Shown here: piece by piece, positions 1-10,300 of the stretch
Position numbering within the stretch: position 1 is the stretch's first letter
Layout of the letters: the number at the start of each line of letters is the position of its first letter
Assembly: GCA_046292385.1 (NCBI GenBank)
Contig: JBKBRF010000048.1
Span: 1 to 50,699 of the forward strand
Source of the DNA: Armatimonadota bacterium
GTDB taxonomy: Bacteria > Armatimonadota > SYMT01
Direction: 5' to 3'
DNA length: 50,699 nt
Notes under the pieces: model-generated
What the model was told of the DNA's origin: nothing
What the model saw: the letters and a program-made list of their open reading frames with translations, nothing else
The model's database searches: none
Translations under genes and position numbers: made by a program

Positions 1-119
1 ATCAGTTGGAGGAGCTCCGAAGCAGGTTCCTCCACTTCCTGCACCGCTTCCAGGATGGCAGCGAAGCACTCCTGCGCTACGTTGGCCTACTTAAGCCCGG
101 TTAATTTCTTGACTCCCAT
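1..119 (-). pseudogene. 5' part of a possible CDS running off the window edge, with an in-frame TAG at codon 11
   Basis: GAGGGA RBS-like sequence, then ATG at 119; reads MGVKKLTGLK*ANVAQECFAAILEAVQEVEEPASELLQL to the edge. Confidence 0.25.
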
Positions 120-250
120 AATTCCCTCGCTGAAAGGCCTGCGGCCACGCGTCCTCCGGACGCCCAGATCCCAGGTGACGCTACTCACCTCGCAGCAGGG
201 ATGGCTGCCCGGGTTGCTCGTTGAGCCTCACGACTGGCCAACCAGTGCTC

Positions 251-300
251 AGCCCGCGCAGGCGGGCTTTGCTCTCTGTAGCCTCGACTTCAGTCGCAGG
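251..300. repeat. REP-like palindromic element
   Basis: Hairpin AGCCCGC-GCAG-GCGGGCT followed by GTAG-led imperfect palindrome GTAGCCTCGACTTCAGTCGCAGG, just past the oxidoreductase stop. Confidence 0.5.
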
Positions 301-334
301 CAGCGACCGCGCCAAGGCCGCCGGGCCCCCGGTC

Positions 335-1456
335 CTACACCACCGGCGCGAAGGTCGTCCGGAGCTCTTGCGCCTGGCCGGTTTCCGCGGCGCGGTAGCC
401 GCTCTCGATGATGTCGATCACGTGCCGGGCGTGCTCCGCGGTGCCGACCGCCGGCGTTCCCTCCCGCGCCAGGTCGGCGAGCTGCAGGAGGTCCTGGAAG
501 ACGTGGAACTCCTCGGTGGGATGCCGCTCGTTGTAGTCCGGCAGCACGACGTTGATGCCGCCGACCGCCTGCTTCTCCCGGCCGGGGAAATCGAACGGCT
601 CCCCGTTGAGCTGGTCGCCAACGAGCGACCCCTTGATGCCGAAGAAGCTGGGCGTGCCGAAGATCGGGTTGATGCCGCCCGCCGCGGTGCCGTAGCAGAA
701 GGCGAAGACCGCCTGGCCGAAGTCGACCAGGATCGCGGTGTTGTCGTCGCAGTCGCTCGGGAACATCTCTCCGCGGAACTCCCGCTCCTGAAGCAGCGTG
801 CCGGAGATCGCCGTCACCCGCTTCGCCGGACCGAGGATGCCGGTGAGCGAGTGGAGACCGTAGACCGTCATGTCGTAGAGCGGGCCGCCGCCCGGCTTGC
901 GCCAGTACCAGGCGGGGTTGATGTTGGAGAGCACGTCCTCCCCCTGCCGCACCCCCTCCTGCTCGTGGTAGCTCCCGAAGGCGGCGCCGGTGGTCGCCCA
1001 CGCCAGCCGGCCGATGGCGCCGTCTTCGATCAGCTCTTTCATCCGGCGGAGGTGCGGGCGGAGCATCTGCCCGGGGGAGGAGACCAGCTTCACGCCGGCC
1101 GCCTCCGCCCGGGCGATCAGGTCGTCCGCCTCCTCCACGGCGGTGGTCATCGTCTTGTTGAAGTGGAGGTGCTTCCCGGCGGCGAGGCACTGGAGCCCCT
1201 GCTCGTAGTGGAGCGCGATCGGGGTGCCGATCGTGACGGCATCCAGGTCGCCCTCGCGCAGCATCTGCTCCAGGCTCTCGAACGCCTGCGGCACGCCGTA
1301 CCGCTCGGCGGCGGCCTGCGCGCGGCCGGGAACGGTGTCACAGACCGCCGCCGCGACCACGCGATCGTTGAAGTCGCCGACCGCCAGGTGCGCCAGCGCG
1401 CCGCGGATGCCGATGCTGCCGGCGCCCAGCACGCCGATCCGGATGGGATTTGCCAT
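335..1456 (-). CDS. Gfo/Idh/MocA family oxidoreductase
   Basis: Rossmann motif IRIGVLGAGSIG, GKHLHFNKTM (EKP-equivalent), GGGPLYDMTVY; start set at MANPIRIG. Confidence 0.9.
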   Translation of the reverse strand: MANPIRIGVLGAGSIGIRGALAHLAVGDFNDRVVAAAVCDTVPGRAQAAAERYGVPQAFESLEQMLREGDLDAVTIGTPIALHYEQGLQCLAAGKHLHFNKTMTTAVEEADDLIARAEAAGVKLVSSPGQMLRPHLRRMKELIEDGAIGRLAWATTGAAFGSYHEQEGVRQGEDVLSNINPAWYWRKPGGGPLYDMTVYGLHSLTGILGPAKRVTAISGTLLQEREFRGEMFPSDCDDNTAILVDFGQAVFAFCYGTAAGGINPIFGTPSFFGIKGSLVGDQLNGEPFDFPGREKQAVGGINVVLPDYNERHPTEEFHVFQDLLQLADLAREGTPAVGTAEHARHVIDIIESGYRAAETGQAQELRTTFAPVV

Positions 1457-1523
1457 GAGGTGACTCTCTGCTTTCGAGCGGCTCTGCTTACGCGACAGAC
1501 TGGAATCCACGTTCTATATCTGA

Positions 1524-1608
1524 ATGGGCGAGTGGGGGAGTGGGCGAGCTTGAGAACCCGCTTCCGGAGGCGGGTCTCCCACTCACCCACTCGCCCTTGC
1601 GCCCACTC
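1524..1608. repeat. Inverted array of ~8-bp repeats
   Basis: GGGCGAGT/GGGGGAGT units on the left; complementary ACTCACCC/ACTCGCCC units on the right. Confidence 0.6.
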
Positions 1609-1637
1609 CAGCACGTTAGAAGTAGCTGGACCGCGGA

Positions 1638-3197
1638 CTACGAGTGGAGGAGGACCTGGCCGGCGAGCGTGCCGGTGTGGCGGCCGCCGTCGACCACCAG
1701 AGCGCCGTTCACCACGACGAACGGAATGCCTTCCGGTGGGCGGCACGGATCTTCGTAGGTGGCGGCGTCGCGCACCGTGGCGGGGTCGAAGACGGTGAGA
1801 TCGGCGGCAAGGCCCGGCGCGATCCGGCCGCGGTCGCGGAATCCCATCCGCTGGGCGGGGAAGCCGGTCATCTTCCAGACCGCCTCTTCCAGCGTGAGCA
1901 GCCGCTGCTCCCGGACGTAGCGGGAGAGGAGCCGGGGGAACGCGCCGTAAAGGCGGGGGTGGGTCTTTCCGGGGAGGTGGAGCCCGTCGCTGCCGAGCAT
2001 CTGCGCCGGGTGAGAGAGGATGCGGCGGAGGTCGTCCTCATCCCCCAGGTGCGCGATGAAGCAGGCCTGGAGCTCGTCTTCAACCACCACGCGGCAGACC
2101 AGCTCGCCGATCGACAGCCCCTCCGACTCCGCCATCCGGGCGAACGTCTCCCCCTCGTACCGCTTCCAGGCCGGGTTGCGGGCGCCGCAGAGCACGTGGC
2201 GAGTCCAGTCGCGATCGGCGGCGTTCATCGCCTCGATGACCCGCGCGCGGGTGTCCGGCTCGTGGAGGCGCTCCAGCAGCAGCGCGGGACTGCCGGCGGT
2301 CGCCCAGGTCGGCAGCATCGCCTGCACCAGCGTGCTGCCGGCGGTATACGGATAGCTGTCGTAGGTCACGTCGAGGCCGGAGGCTCGGGCGCGGTCGAGG
2401 TGCGCCAGCACCTCCTCGGAGCGGCCCCAGTTGCGCGCGCCGCCGATCTGGAGGTGCGACACCTGCAGCGGCGCGCCCGACTCCCGGCTCGTCGCGTACG
2501 ACTCGTCGAGCGCGTCGAGGATCGCGTCGCCGTAGTCGCGCATGTGCGTGGCGAAGAAGCCGCCTCTCTCCGCCACCGCCCGGCAGACGGCGACATTCTC
2601 CTCCGGCGCGGCGTAGCTCATCGGGGAGTACCAGAGGCCGGTGGAGATGCCCCAGGCCCCCTCGTCCATCCCCTGCCGGATCAGGTCGGTCATCACCCGC
2701 AGCTCGTCGGGCGCCGCGGGACGGTCCGCCATCCCCATCGCGGAGACGCGCACCGCCCCGTGCGGAATCAGGTAGGCGGCGTTGGTGGCGATGCCGCGGC
2801 GGTAGCGGGAGAGGAATTCGCCGACGCTGCGCCAGCTCCAGTCGACTCCGGCGTCGTCGCCGAAGAGTCCCAGCAGGTACTCCTTCTGGATGCCGAGGCC
2901 CGCCGCCGTCACCGGCGCGAAGCCGAGGCCGCAGTTGGAAAAGACCTCGGTGGTCACCCCCTGCAGCACCTTCGGCTCGTGGGTGGGACGCGCCAGCAGG
3001 GCGATGTCGGCGTGGGTGTGGATGTCGATGAAGCCGGGAGCGACCACCAGCCCGGCGGCGTCGATCTCCCGCGCCGCCTGCGCCGCGGAGAGGTCGCCCA
3101 CGGCGGCGATCCGCTCCCCCTCGATCCCGACGTCGGCCCGGTAACCGGGGCTGCCGGTCCCGTCCACCACCGTCCCGTTCCGGATGATCAGGTCCAA
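1638..3197 (-). CDS. N-acyl-D-amino-acid deacylase (amidohydrolase family)
   Basis: MDLIIRNGTVVDGTG, APGFIDIHTH, GVTTEVFSNCG, GSDG, HPRLYGAFPR; TTG start with a G-rich RBS. Confidence 0.92.
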   Translation of the reverse strand: MDLIIRNGTVVDGTGSPGYRADVGIEGERIAAVGDLSAAQAAREIDAAGLVVAPGFIDIHTHADIALLARPTHEPKVLQGVTTEVFSNCGLGFAPVTAAGLGIQKEYLLGLFGDDAGVDWSWRSVGEFLSRYRRGIATNAAYLIPHGAVRVSAMGMADRPAAPDELRVMTDLIRQGMDEGAWGISTGLWYSPMSYAAPEENVAVCRAVAERGGFFATHMRDYGDAILDALDESYATSRESGAPLQVSHLQIGGARNWGRSEEVLAHLDRARASGLDVTYDSYPYTAGSTLVQAMLPTWATAGSPALLLERLHEPDTRARVIEAMNAADRDWTRHVLCGARNPAWKRYEGETFARMAESEGLSIGELVCRVVVEDELQACFIAHLGDEDDLRRILSHPAQMLGSDGLHLPGKTHPRLYGAFPRLLSRYVREQRLLTLEEAVWKMTGFPAQRMGFRDRGRIAPGLAADLTVFDPATVRDAATYEDPCRPPEGIPFVVVNGALVVDGGRHTGTLAGQVLLHS

Positions 3198-3418
3198 GGC
3201 AGCCCCCTCCCGCGCAGCACAGCCCGCTCCGGCGCGAGGCGGCGAGCCGCGGCCGCATTGGGGTCACATCTCAACGGAGCTCCACACCCACCCCGGTGCA
3301 GCGGAGGTCACCCAGCGAATCTTCGCGGAGTGACGCGCTTGCGGATACTGTTGGCGAAATCAGCAGGGCAGGAGGATTACCGGCTATCGAGCACTCCGGC
3401 GAGATTCCCCTGGCGGGG

Positions 3419-3526
3419 AAGCGGTGGCAAGCCACCGCACTCCACAGACTGCACCGGGGCAGTCTCCCTTTCGACGAGAGGGAATCTCTTCCGGGCTAGC
3501 CTGTGGAGTGCGAATGCTTGCTTTCG
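3419..3526. repeat. Inverted pair of REP-like palindromes (REPIN-like)
   Basis: AAGCGGTGGCAAGCCACCGCACTCCACAG (3419-3447) and an inverted degenerate copy starting CTGTGGAGTGCG (3501-3526); 12-bp perfect complement. Confidence 0.6.
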
Positions 3527-3757
3527 CGCCCCGCGTCAGCGGGGCCACCGGAGAAGCTTCCCGATTTCGCCAACAGTATCCTTGCGCGGCCTCCCTAACG
3601 AAGCCGAACCTGTCAGGCCCAGGCGATACAGGCGCACGTTCCTCACCCGGGCGACTGCACCTCCGATAGAAGGGCCGCGCGAGCGCGTCACTCCGGCAGT
3701 ACCGAATCGCCAATACCGCTTCACGAAGCCCTGACAGGACCCGGGAAGGCGGTGACT

Positions 3758-6700
3758 CTACTCGAACACCACCAGCAGGTCGCCGGTGTCCACGCGGGTG
3801 CCAGGGGAGACGAGCACTTCCTTGATCTTGCCGCGCATGGGGCTGTTGATGTGCATCTGCATCTTCATCGCCTCCATCGCGACCAGAAGCTGCTCCTTCT
3901 CCACGTCCTGCCCCGGCTTCACGGCTACTTCCACCACCGCGCCCGGCATCGGCGCGCCGAGGTGGTGCAGGTCGTCCGGGTCGGCCTTCGGGTGGCGCTG
4001 CACCGCGGCCACGGCGCTGCGGTCCGGCACCTTCACCTCGCGCGGGTGGCCGTTCAGCTCGTAGAAGAGCGTCACCATCCCCTCGGGGTCCGGCTGGCTC
4101 CGGGCGATCAGCTTGATGAAGAGCGTCTTGCCCCGCTCGATCTGGATCGAGGTCTCCTCGCCCGGCTGCATTCCGTAGAAGAAGATCTCGGTCGGCACCT
4201 GCGTCACGTCGGAGTACTTCTCCCGGTGCGCCGCGAAGTCGGTGAAGACGCGCGGGTACATCAGGTAGGAGAGCACTTCCGTCTCGCTGGCGGCCCTGCC
4301 GATCTTGCGCTCCACCTCCGCACGCACCTGGCCGAAGTCGACCGGCGGCAGGTGTTGGCCCAGGCGTCCTTCCACGGGGGTGCGGCCCTTCAGCACGGCT
4401 TCCTGCAGGCGCGCCGGGAAGCCGCCCTCCGGATAGCCGATCTCCCCGGCGAAGAGGCCGACCACCGACTCGGGGAATTGGATCTCGTGCCCGCGGTTCA
4501 GCACGTCGTCCGGCGTCAGGTCCTGCGTGAGCATGAAGAGCGCCAGGTCGCCGACCACCTTGCTGGAGGGGGTCACCTTCACGATGTCGCCCAGCATCTC
4601 GTTCACCGTGGCGTACATCTGCTTTAGCTCCGGCAGGCGGTCGCCCAGGCCCATCGCCTCCGCCTGCGGCCGCAGGTTGCTGTACTGGCCGCCGGGAATC
4701 TCGTGCAGGTAGACGTCGCCGGAGTTGCTCTTCAGGTCACTCTCGAACGGCGCGTAGTACTCCCGCACCACGCTCCAGTAGTCGGCGTGGCGCAGCAGCG
4801 CCTCGAAGTCGAGCTCGGTGTCCCGCTCCTGGCGCTGGAGCGCCGCCGCCAGCGTGTCGAGGCTCGGCTGGCTGGTGAGGCCGGACATGGAGCTGATCGC
4901 CGCGTCGACCACGTCGACTCCCGCCTCCGCCGCAAAGAGGAGCGAGGCCATCTGCCCGCCGGAGGTGTCATGGGTGTGAAAGTGGATCGGCAGACCGACC
5001 TCCTGCCGGAGGGCGCGGACCAGCTCGCGCGCGGCGTAGGGGCGGAGCAGGCCCGCCATGTCCTTGATCGCCAGGATGTGCGCGCCCGCCTTCTCCAGCT
5101 CCTTCGCCAGGCGCAGGTAGTAGTCGAGGTGGTACTTCGGCCGCTCGGGGTCGAAGAGGTCGCCGGTGTAGCAGATCGCCGCTTCCGCGATCGCGCCGGT
5201 CTCCCGCACCGCCTCGATGGCGGGAAGCATCGCGGGGACGTAGTTGAGCGAGTCGAAGATGCGGAAGACGTCGATCCCCTCCCGCGCCGCCACCCGCACG
5301 AACTCGCGCACCACGTTGTCCGGGTAGTTGGTGTAGCCGACCGCGTTCGCCCCGCGCAGCAGCATCTGGAACAGCACGTTCGGCACGCGCTCGCGGAGCT
5401 GCGCCAGCCGCTCCCACGGGTCCTCGAAGAGGAAGCGCATCGTCACGTCGAACGTGGCGCCGCCCCACATCTCCAGCGAGAAGAGGTTCGGGAAGTCCCG
5501 CGCGATCGCGTCGGCCACCTGCAGCATGTCGACGGAGCGCACGCGGGTGGCGAGGAGCGACTGGTGCGCGTCTCGCAGCGTCGTGTCGGTCACCAGCAGC
5601 CGCTTCTGATCGCGCACCCACTCCGCGAACTTCTCCGGCCCCAGCCGCTTCAGCACGTCCCGGGTGCCTTCCGGCGGAGCGGAGAGCTCGTCGAAGACCG
5701 GCACCAGCGGCTCGCGCAGGTTCTTCGGCGCCGCGCCGCGGGGGACGGTTGGGTTGCCGTTCACCACCACGTCCCCGATGAACTGGAGCAGCTTGGTGGC
5801 TCGGTCGGCCCGTCGCTCGAACTCGAAGAGCTCCGGCGTCTCCTCGATGAAGGTCGTCGTCGCCTGCCCGGCCTGGAAGACCGGGTGGCGGACCACGTTC
5901 TCCAGGAACGGGATGTTCGTCTTGACGCCGCGCACGCGGAACTCGCTCAGGCCGCGCGCCAGCTTGTGGCAGCAGTCCTGGAAGTCGAGGCTGGAGGCGG
6001 AGAGCTTCACCAGCAGCGAGTCGTAGAACGGCGTGATCACCGCGCCGGTAAAGGCGGTGCCGCCATCGAGGCGGATGCCGAATCCGGCGGCGGAGCGGTA
6101 GTGGGTGATGCGGCCGTAGTCCGGGATGAAGTTGTTTGCGGGGTCTTCCGTGGTGATGCGGCACTGGATGGCGAAGCCGCGCATCTGCACCGCCTCCTGC
6201 CCGGAGATGCTGATGGCGGGATCGGAGAGCGGCCGCCCCTCCGCCACGTGGATCTGCGACTTCACCAGGTCGACTCCGGTGATCATCTCGGTCACCGTGT
6301 GCTCCACCTGGATGCGCGGGTTCATCTCGATGAAGTACCAGCCGCCCTCCGCGTCGACCAGGAACTCCACGGTGCCGGCGTTGTTGTAGCCGATTGAGCG
6401 CGCGAGCCGGACCGCGGCGTCGCAGAGCGCCTCCCGCAGTTCCGGGGTGATGGAGGGGCTGGGGGCGATCTCGATCACCTTCTGGTGGCGGCGCTGGACG
6501 GAGCAGTCACGCTCGAACAGGTGCACCACGTTGCCGTGCTGGTCCCCCAGCACCTGCACCTCGATATGCTTCGGGCGCCGCAGGTACTTCTCCAGGAAGA
6601 CGTCGCCGCGCCCGAAGGCGGTCTCCGCCTCCCGGGAGGCGGCGGCGAAGTGCTCCCGCAGCTCTCGCTCGCTGTGGGCCACGCGCATGCCGCGCCCGCC

Positions 6701-7204
6701 TCCGCCGAAGCTCGCCTTCAGGATCACCGGATAGCCGACCGGCTCCGCCCACGCGGCGGCCGCTTCCCCGCTCGAAAGCGGCTCGTCGGTGCCAGGCACC
6801 ACCGGAATCCCGAGCTCCTGCGCCTTGCGCCGGGCCGCCGTCTTGTCGCCCATCGCGTCGAGCACTTCCGGCGAGGGGCCGATGAAGACGATCCCCGCTT
6901 CCGCGCAGGCACGGGCGAACTCCGCGTTCTCCGAGAGGAAGCCGTAGCCGGGGTGAATCGCGTCCGCGCCGTGTTTGCGGGCGATGCCGACGATCGCCTC
7001 GATGTCGAGGTACGCCTTCAGCGGGTCACGGTTCTCCGGCAGGGGATAGGTCTCGTCCGCCTTGTACCGGTGCAGGGCGCCGCGATCTTCCTTGGAGTAG
7101 ATGCCGATGGTGCGGATGTCGAGCTCCGCGCAGGCGCGGAAGACGCGGATGGCGATCTCGCTGCGGTTGGCGACCAGGATGCGCTGAAAGGATCGGATGG
7201 GCAT
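3758..7204 (-). CDS. pyc: Pyruvate carboxylase
   Basis: Biotin carboxylase (ANRSEIA, HPGYGFLSEN, ERDCSVQRRHQK), carboxyltransferase (RDAHQSLLATR, EMWGGATFD, IKDMAG) and biotinyl EAMKM motifs. Confidence 0.98.
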   Translation of the reverse strand: MPIRSFQRILVANRSEIAIRVFRACAELDIRTIGIYSKEDRGALHRYKADETYPLPENRDPLKAYLDIEAIVGIARKHGADAIHPGYGFLSENAEFARACAEAGIVFIGPSPEVLDAMGDKTAARRKAQELGIPVVPGTDEPLSSGEAAAAWAEPVGYPVILKASFGGGGRGMRVAHSERELREHFAAASREAETAFGRGDVFLEKYLRRPKHIEVQVLGDQHGNVVHLFERDCSVQRRHQKVIEIAPSPSITPELREALCDAAVRLARSIGYNNAGTVEFLVDAEGGWYFIEMNPRIQVEHTVTEMITGVDLVKSQIHVAEGRPLSDPAISISGQEAVQMRGFAIQCRITTEDPANNFIPDYGRITHYRSAAGFGIRLDGGTAFTGAVITPFYDSLLVKLSASSLDFQDCCHKLARGLSEFRVRGVKTNIPFLENVVRHPVFQAGQATTTFIEETPELFEFERRADRATKLLQFIGDVVVNGNPTVPRGAAPKNLREPLVPVFDELSAPPEGTRDVLKRLGPEKFAEWVRDQKRLLVTDTTLRDAHQSLLATRVRSVDMLQVADAIARDFPNLFSLEMWGGATFDVTMRFLFEDPWERLAQLRERVPNVLFQMLLRGANAVGYTNYPDNVVREFVRVAAREGIDVFRIFDSLNYVPAMLPAIEAVRETGAIAEAAICYTGDLFDPERPKYHLDYYLRLAKELEKAGAHILAIKDMAGLLRPYAARELVRALRQEVGLPIHFHTHDTSGGQMASLLFAAEAGVDVVDAAISSMSGLTSQPSLDTLAAALQRQERDTELDFEALLRHADYWSVVREYYAPFESDLKSNSGDVYLHEIPGGQYSNLRPQAEAMGLGDRLPELKQMYATVNEMLGDIVKVTPSSKVVGDLALFMLTQDLTPDDVLNRGHEIQFPESVVGLFAGEIGYPEGGFPARLQEAVLKGRTPVEGRLGQHLPPVDFGQVRAEVERKIGRAASETEVLSYLMYPRVFTDFAAHREKYSDVTQVPTEIFFYGMQPGEETSIQIERGKTLFIKLIARSQPDPEGMVTLFYELNGHPREVKVPDRSAVAAVQRHPKADPDDLHHLGAPMPGAVVEVAVKPGQDVEKEQLLVAMEAMKMQMHINSPMRGKIKEVLVSPGTRVDTGDLLVVFE

Positions 7205-7397
7205 AGGGGAGCGAAGCGTGGGGCGCGCCGCAAGGGCGCGGCTGCCGGTATCTTCCGCATTATACCTCGGCGTCGAGCGGCAGCATGGAGCGCGGTGGCC
7301 CGCGCGCGGTCTCGTGGCGGAGGCGGAGCTTTTCTCACGAAGGTATTCTTAAGTGATGGTCAGCGCCCCCGCGAGAGCAGGCCGCTCAGGGAGAAAC

Positions 7398-10300
7398 ATG
7401 CCGGTAGAGACGAAGCAGACGCCCCCCAGCGGAGGGGAGCCGCCCGAACGAGCCCGCCCCATCGCGGCGTGGGGCTTGCTGGCGCTCCTGATGCTGGCGG
7501 CGCTGGCCGGCAACGTCTTCAGCGCGCCGCTCTTCCTCGGGCTCGACTTCCTCTTCGGCAGCATCGCCGTGTTGGTAACGGTCGCGCTGTTCGGGACCGG
7601 GTGGGGCGTTGCCGCGGCGCTGGCTGGCAGCCTCTACACCTGGCTGCTCTGGAACCACCCCTACGCCATTCTGATCCTGGTGGCGGAGGCGGTCTTCGTG
7701 GGGCTGCTCACGCACCGGAGGCGCGTCAGCCTGCTCCTGGCGGACGCCGCGTTCTGGCTGCTGTTCGGAATCCCGCTGGTCGGCATCTTCTACGGCGCGC
7801 GCATGGGGACCGGGGTGGAGGCGACCACCCTGATCGCGCTCAAGCAGAGCGTGAACGGCATCTTCAACGCCCTGCTGGCGAGCCTGCTCCTCACTCACCT
7901 GCCGCTCCGCCGCTGGGCCGGCCGCGCCGACCAGGACACCGTCCCGTTCCGGGAGACCGTCTTCAACGTGATGGTGGCGCTGGTGCTCTTTCCCACGCTG
8001 CTGCTCACCGTGCTCCAGGGCCGCAATGAGATGGAGCGGATCGATGCCAGTCTCCGCTCCCAGCTCCGCCTGAGCGCGATCTCGCTCGACAGCCGCGTGG
8101 AGGCGTGGATCCAGCGGCACCTGCGCGCGGTCTCGGCCTTGGCCGGCATCGCCCAGCGCTCCGGGCCCGGCAGCCGCGCGGCCCTCCAGCAGAGCGCCGC
8201 GGCGATCCACGAGGCGTTTCCGGATTTCCACAACCTCTACCTCGCGGACCGGAACGGCACCACCGTCGTCTTCCACCCGCCGCGCAACGCGCGCGGGGAA
8301 TCGACGCTCGGGCTCAACTTCTCGGACCGGGACTACTACCGGCAGATGCGGGAAACCCTCAAGCCGGTCGTCTCCGACATCTTCCTCGGCCGGGGCGGCG
8401 TGGAGACGCCGATCATCACTGTCAGCGTGCCGATCGTGGAGAACGGGGAGTTGACCGGCTACGCGCTCGGCGCGGTCGACGTCACCGGGCTCGATCAGCT
8501 CCTCACCGAATCGCTGGAGGATGCCGGGGTGCAGGCGACGCTGATGGACGGCGAGCGGCGCATCATTGCCAGTACGGTGGCCGGTGCCGACGCCGCCGAG
8601 GCGTACCAGCCTCCCGGGGCGGGAGATATCCAGCCGATCGGCGGCGGGGTCTTTCGCTGGGTCCCGTGGGAGGCGAACACGCCCGCGGTGACGCGCTGGC
8701 GCGATTCGTTCTACCTGCGGCGGCTCGCCTGGGAGAACGTATCCTGGACCCTGGAGCTGCAGGCGCCCGTGGGCCCCTACCAGCGCGACCTCCACCGCCG
8801 GTACCTGGAGAGCTTCGTGGTGATGCTCGTGCTCACCGTGCTGGCGCTGCTGCTCGCGCTCGCCTTCACGGAGTGGCTGGCGACCCCCCTGGCACGTCTC
8901 GCCACCGTCACCACCAACCTTCCGGCCCGGATCCACGATCGGGCGGCGATCCCCTGGCCCCAGGTGCGGATCGCGGAGATCGCCTCGCTGGTCGGGAACT
9001 ACCGCACCATGCTTCAGGCGCTGCAGGACCAGTTCCAGGCGCTGCTGGGAGCCAACGCCAGCCTGGAAGAACGGGGGCAGGAGCTGGAAGAGCGGAACCG
9101 CGCGCTCCGGACGGAGGTGGAGGAGCGCAGCCGGGTGGAGCAGGCGCTCCGGCTCTCCGAAGAGCGGTACCGGACGGTACTGGAAGAGTCGCCCATCGCC
9201 ACGCAGACCTTCGCCCCGGACGGCACCTGGCTCGACGCCAACCGCGCGTGGGAGACGCTCTGGGGCGCGAAGATCTCCGATCTCGCCGGCTACAACCTTC
9301 TGCAGGATCCACAGCTCGAGCGCCGCGGGGTGATGCCGTGGATCCGGCGCGCCTTCTCCGGGCAGCCGGTGGTGCTCCCTCCGGTGCTCTACGAGCCGGC
9401 GGAGATCGGCGCGGCGGGCCGGCCGCGGTGGGTAGAGGCGTACCTCTATCCGGTTAAGGACCCCGCCGGAGAGATCCGCGAGGTGGTGCTGATGCTCCAG
9501 GACATCACGGAGCGGAGGCTGGTGGAAGAAGAGCGCCTGCGGCTCCTCTCCGCGGAGCAGGCGGCGCGCGAGCGGGCCGAGCGGCTCTACGAGGAAGCGC
9601 AGGAAGAAGCGCGGCGCAAGGACCAGTTCCTGGCGATGCTGGCGCACGAGCTGCGGAACCCGCTGGGCGCCGTGGCCAACGCCCTGCACGTGCTGCAGAC
9701 GCCGGAGGCCTCGCCGGAAGCACGCGAGCGGGCCCTGGCGGTGCTCTCCCGGCAGGTGCGGCACCAGTCGCGCATGGTCGACGACCTGCTGGACGTCTCA
9801 CGCATCGAGCGCGGCAAGGTCGAGCTTCGCTGCGAGGTCCTCGACCTGGTCGCCGTCGTGCGGGAGGCGCGGGACGACGCCCAGGACGCATCCGGCGCCG
9901 CGGGTCCGCGTCTCCGGCTGGAGATCGAGCCGGACGAGCCGCTCCTGATACGCGGGGACTCGACCCGCCTGGCCCAGGTCCTGGGCAACCTGCTCCAGAA
10001 CGCGCGCAAGTTCACGCCGGCGGACGGCGAGATCACGCTCTCGCTGCGGCGGGAGCCGCCGGGTCCGGACCAGGCGGGGGAGGGGACGGCGGTGATCACC
10101 GTGGCGGATACCGGCATCGGCATCCGGCGGGAGATGCTGCCGCACGTCTTCACGATCTTCGCGCAGGAAGATTCCAGTCTCGACCGCAGCCGCGGCGGCC
10201 TGGGCCTCGGCCTCGCGCTGGTGAAGGGGATCGTGGAGCTGCACGGAGGAGACGTCTCCGCCGTCAGCGGCGGACCCGGCAAGGGCGCCGCGTTTACGGT

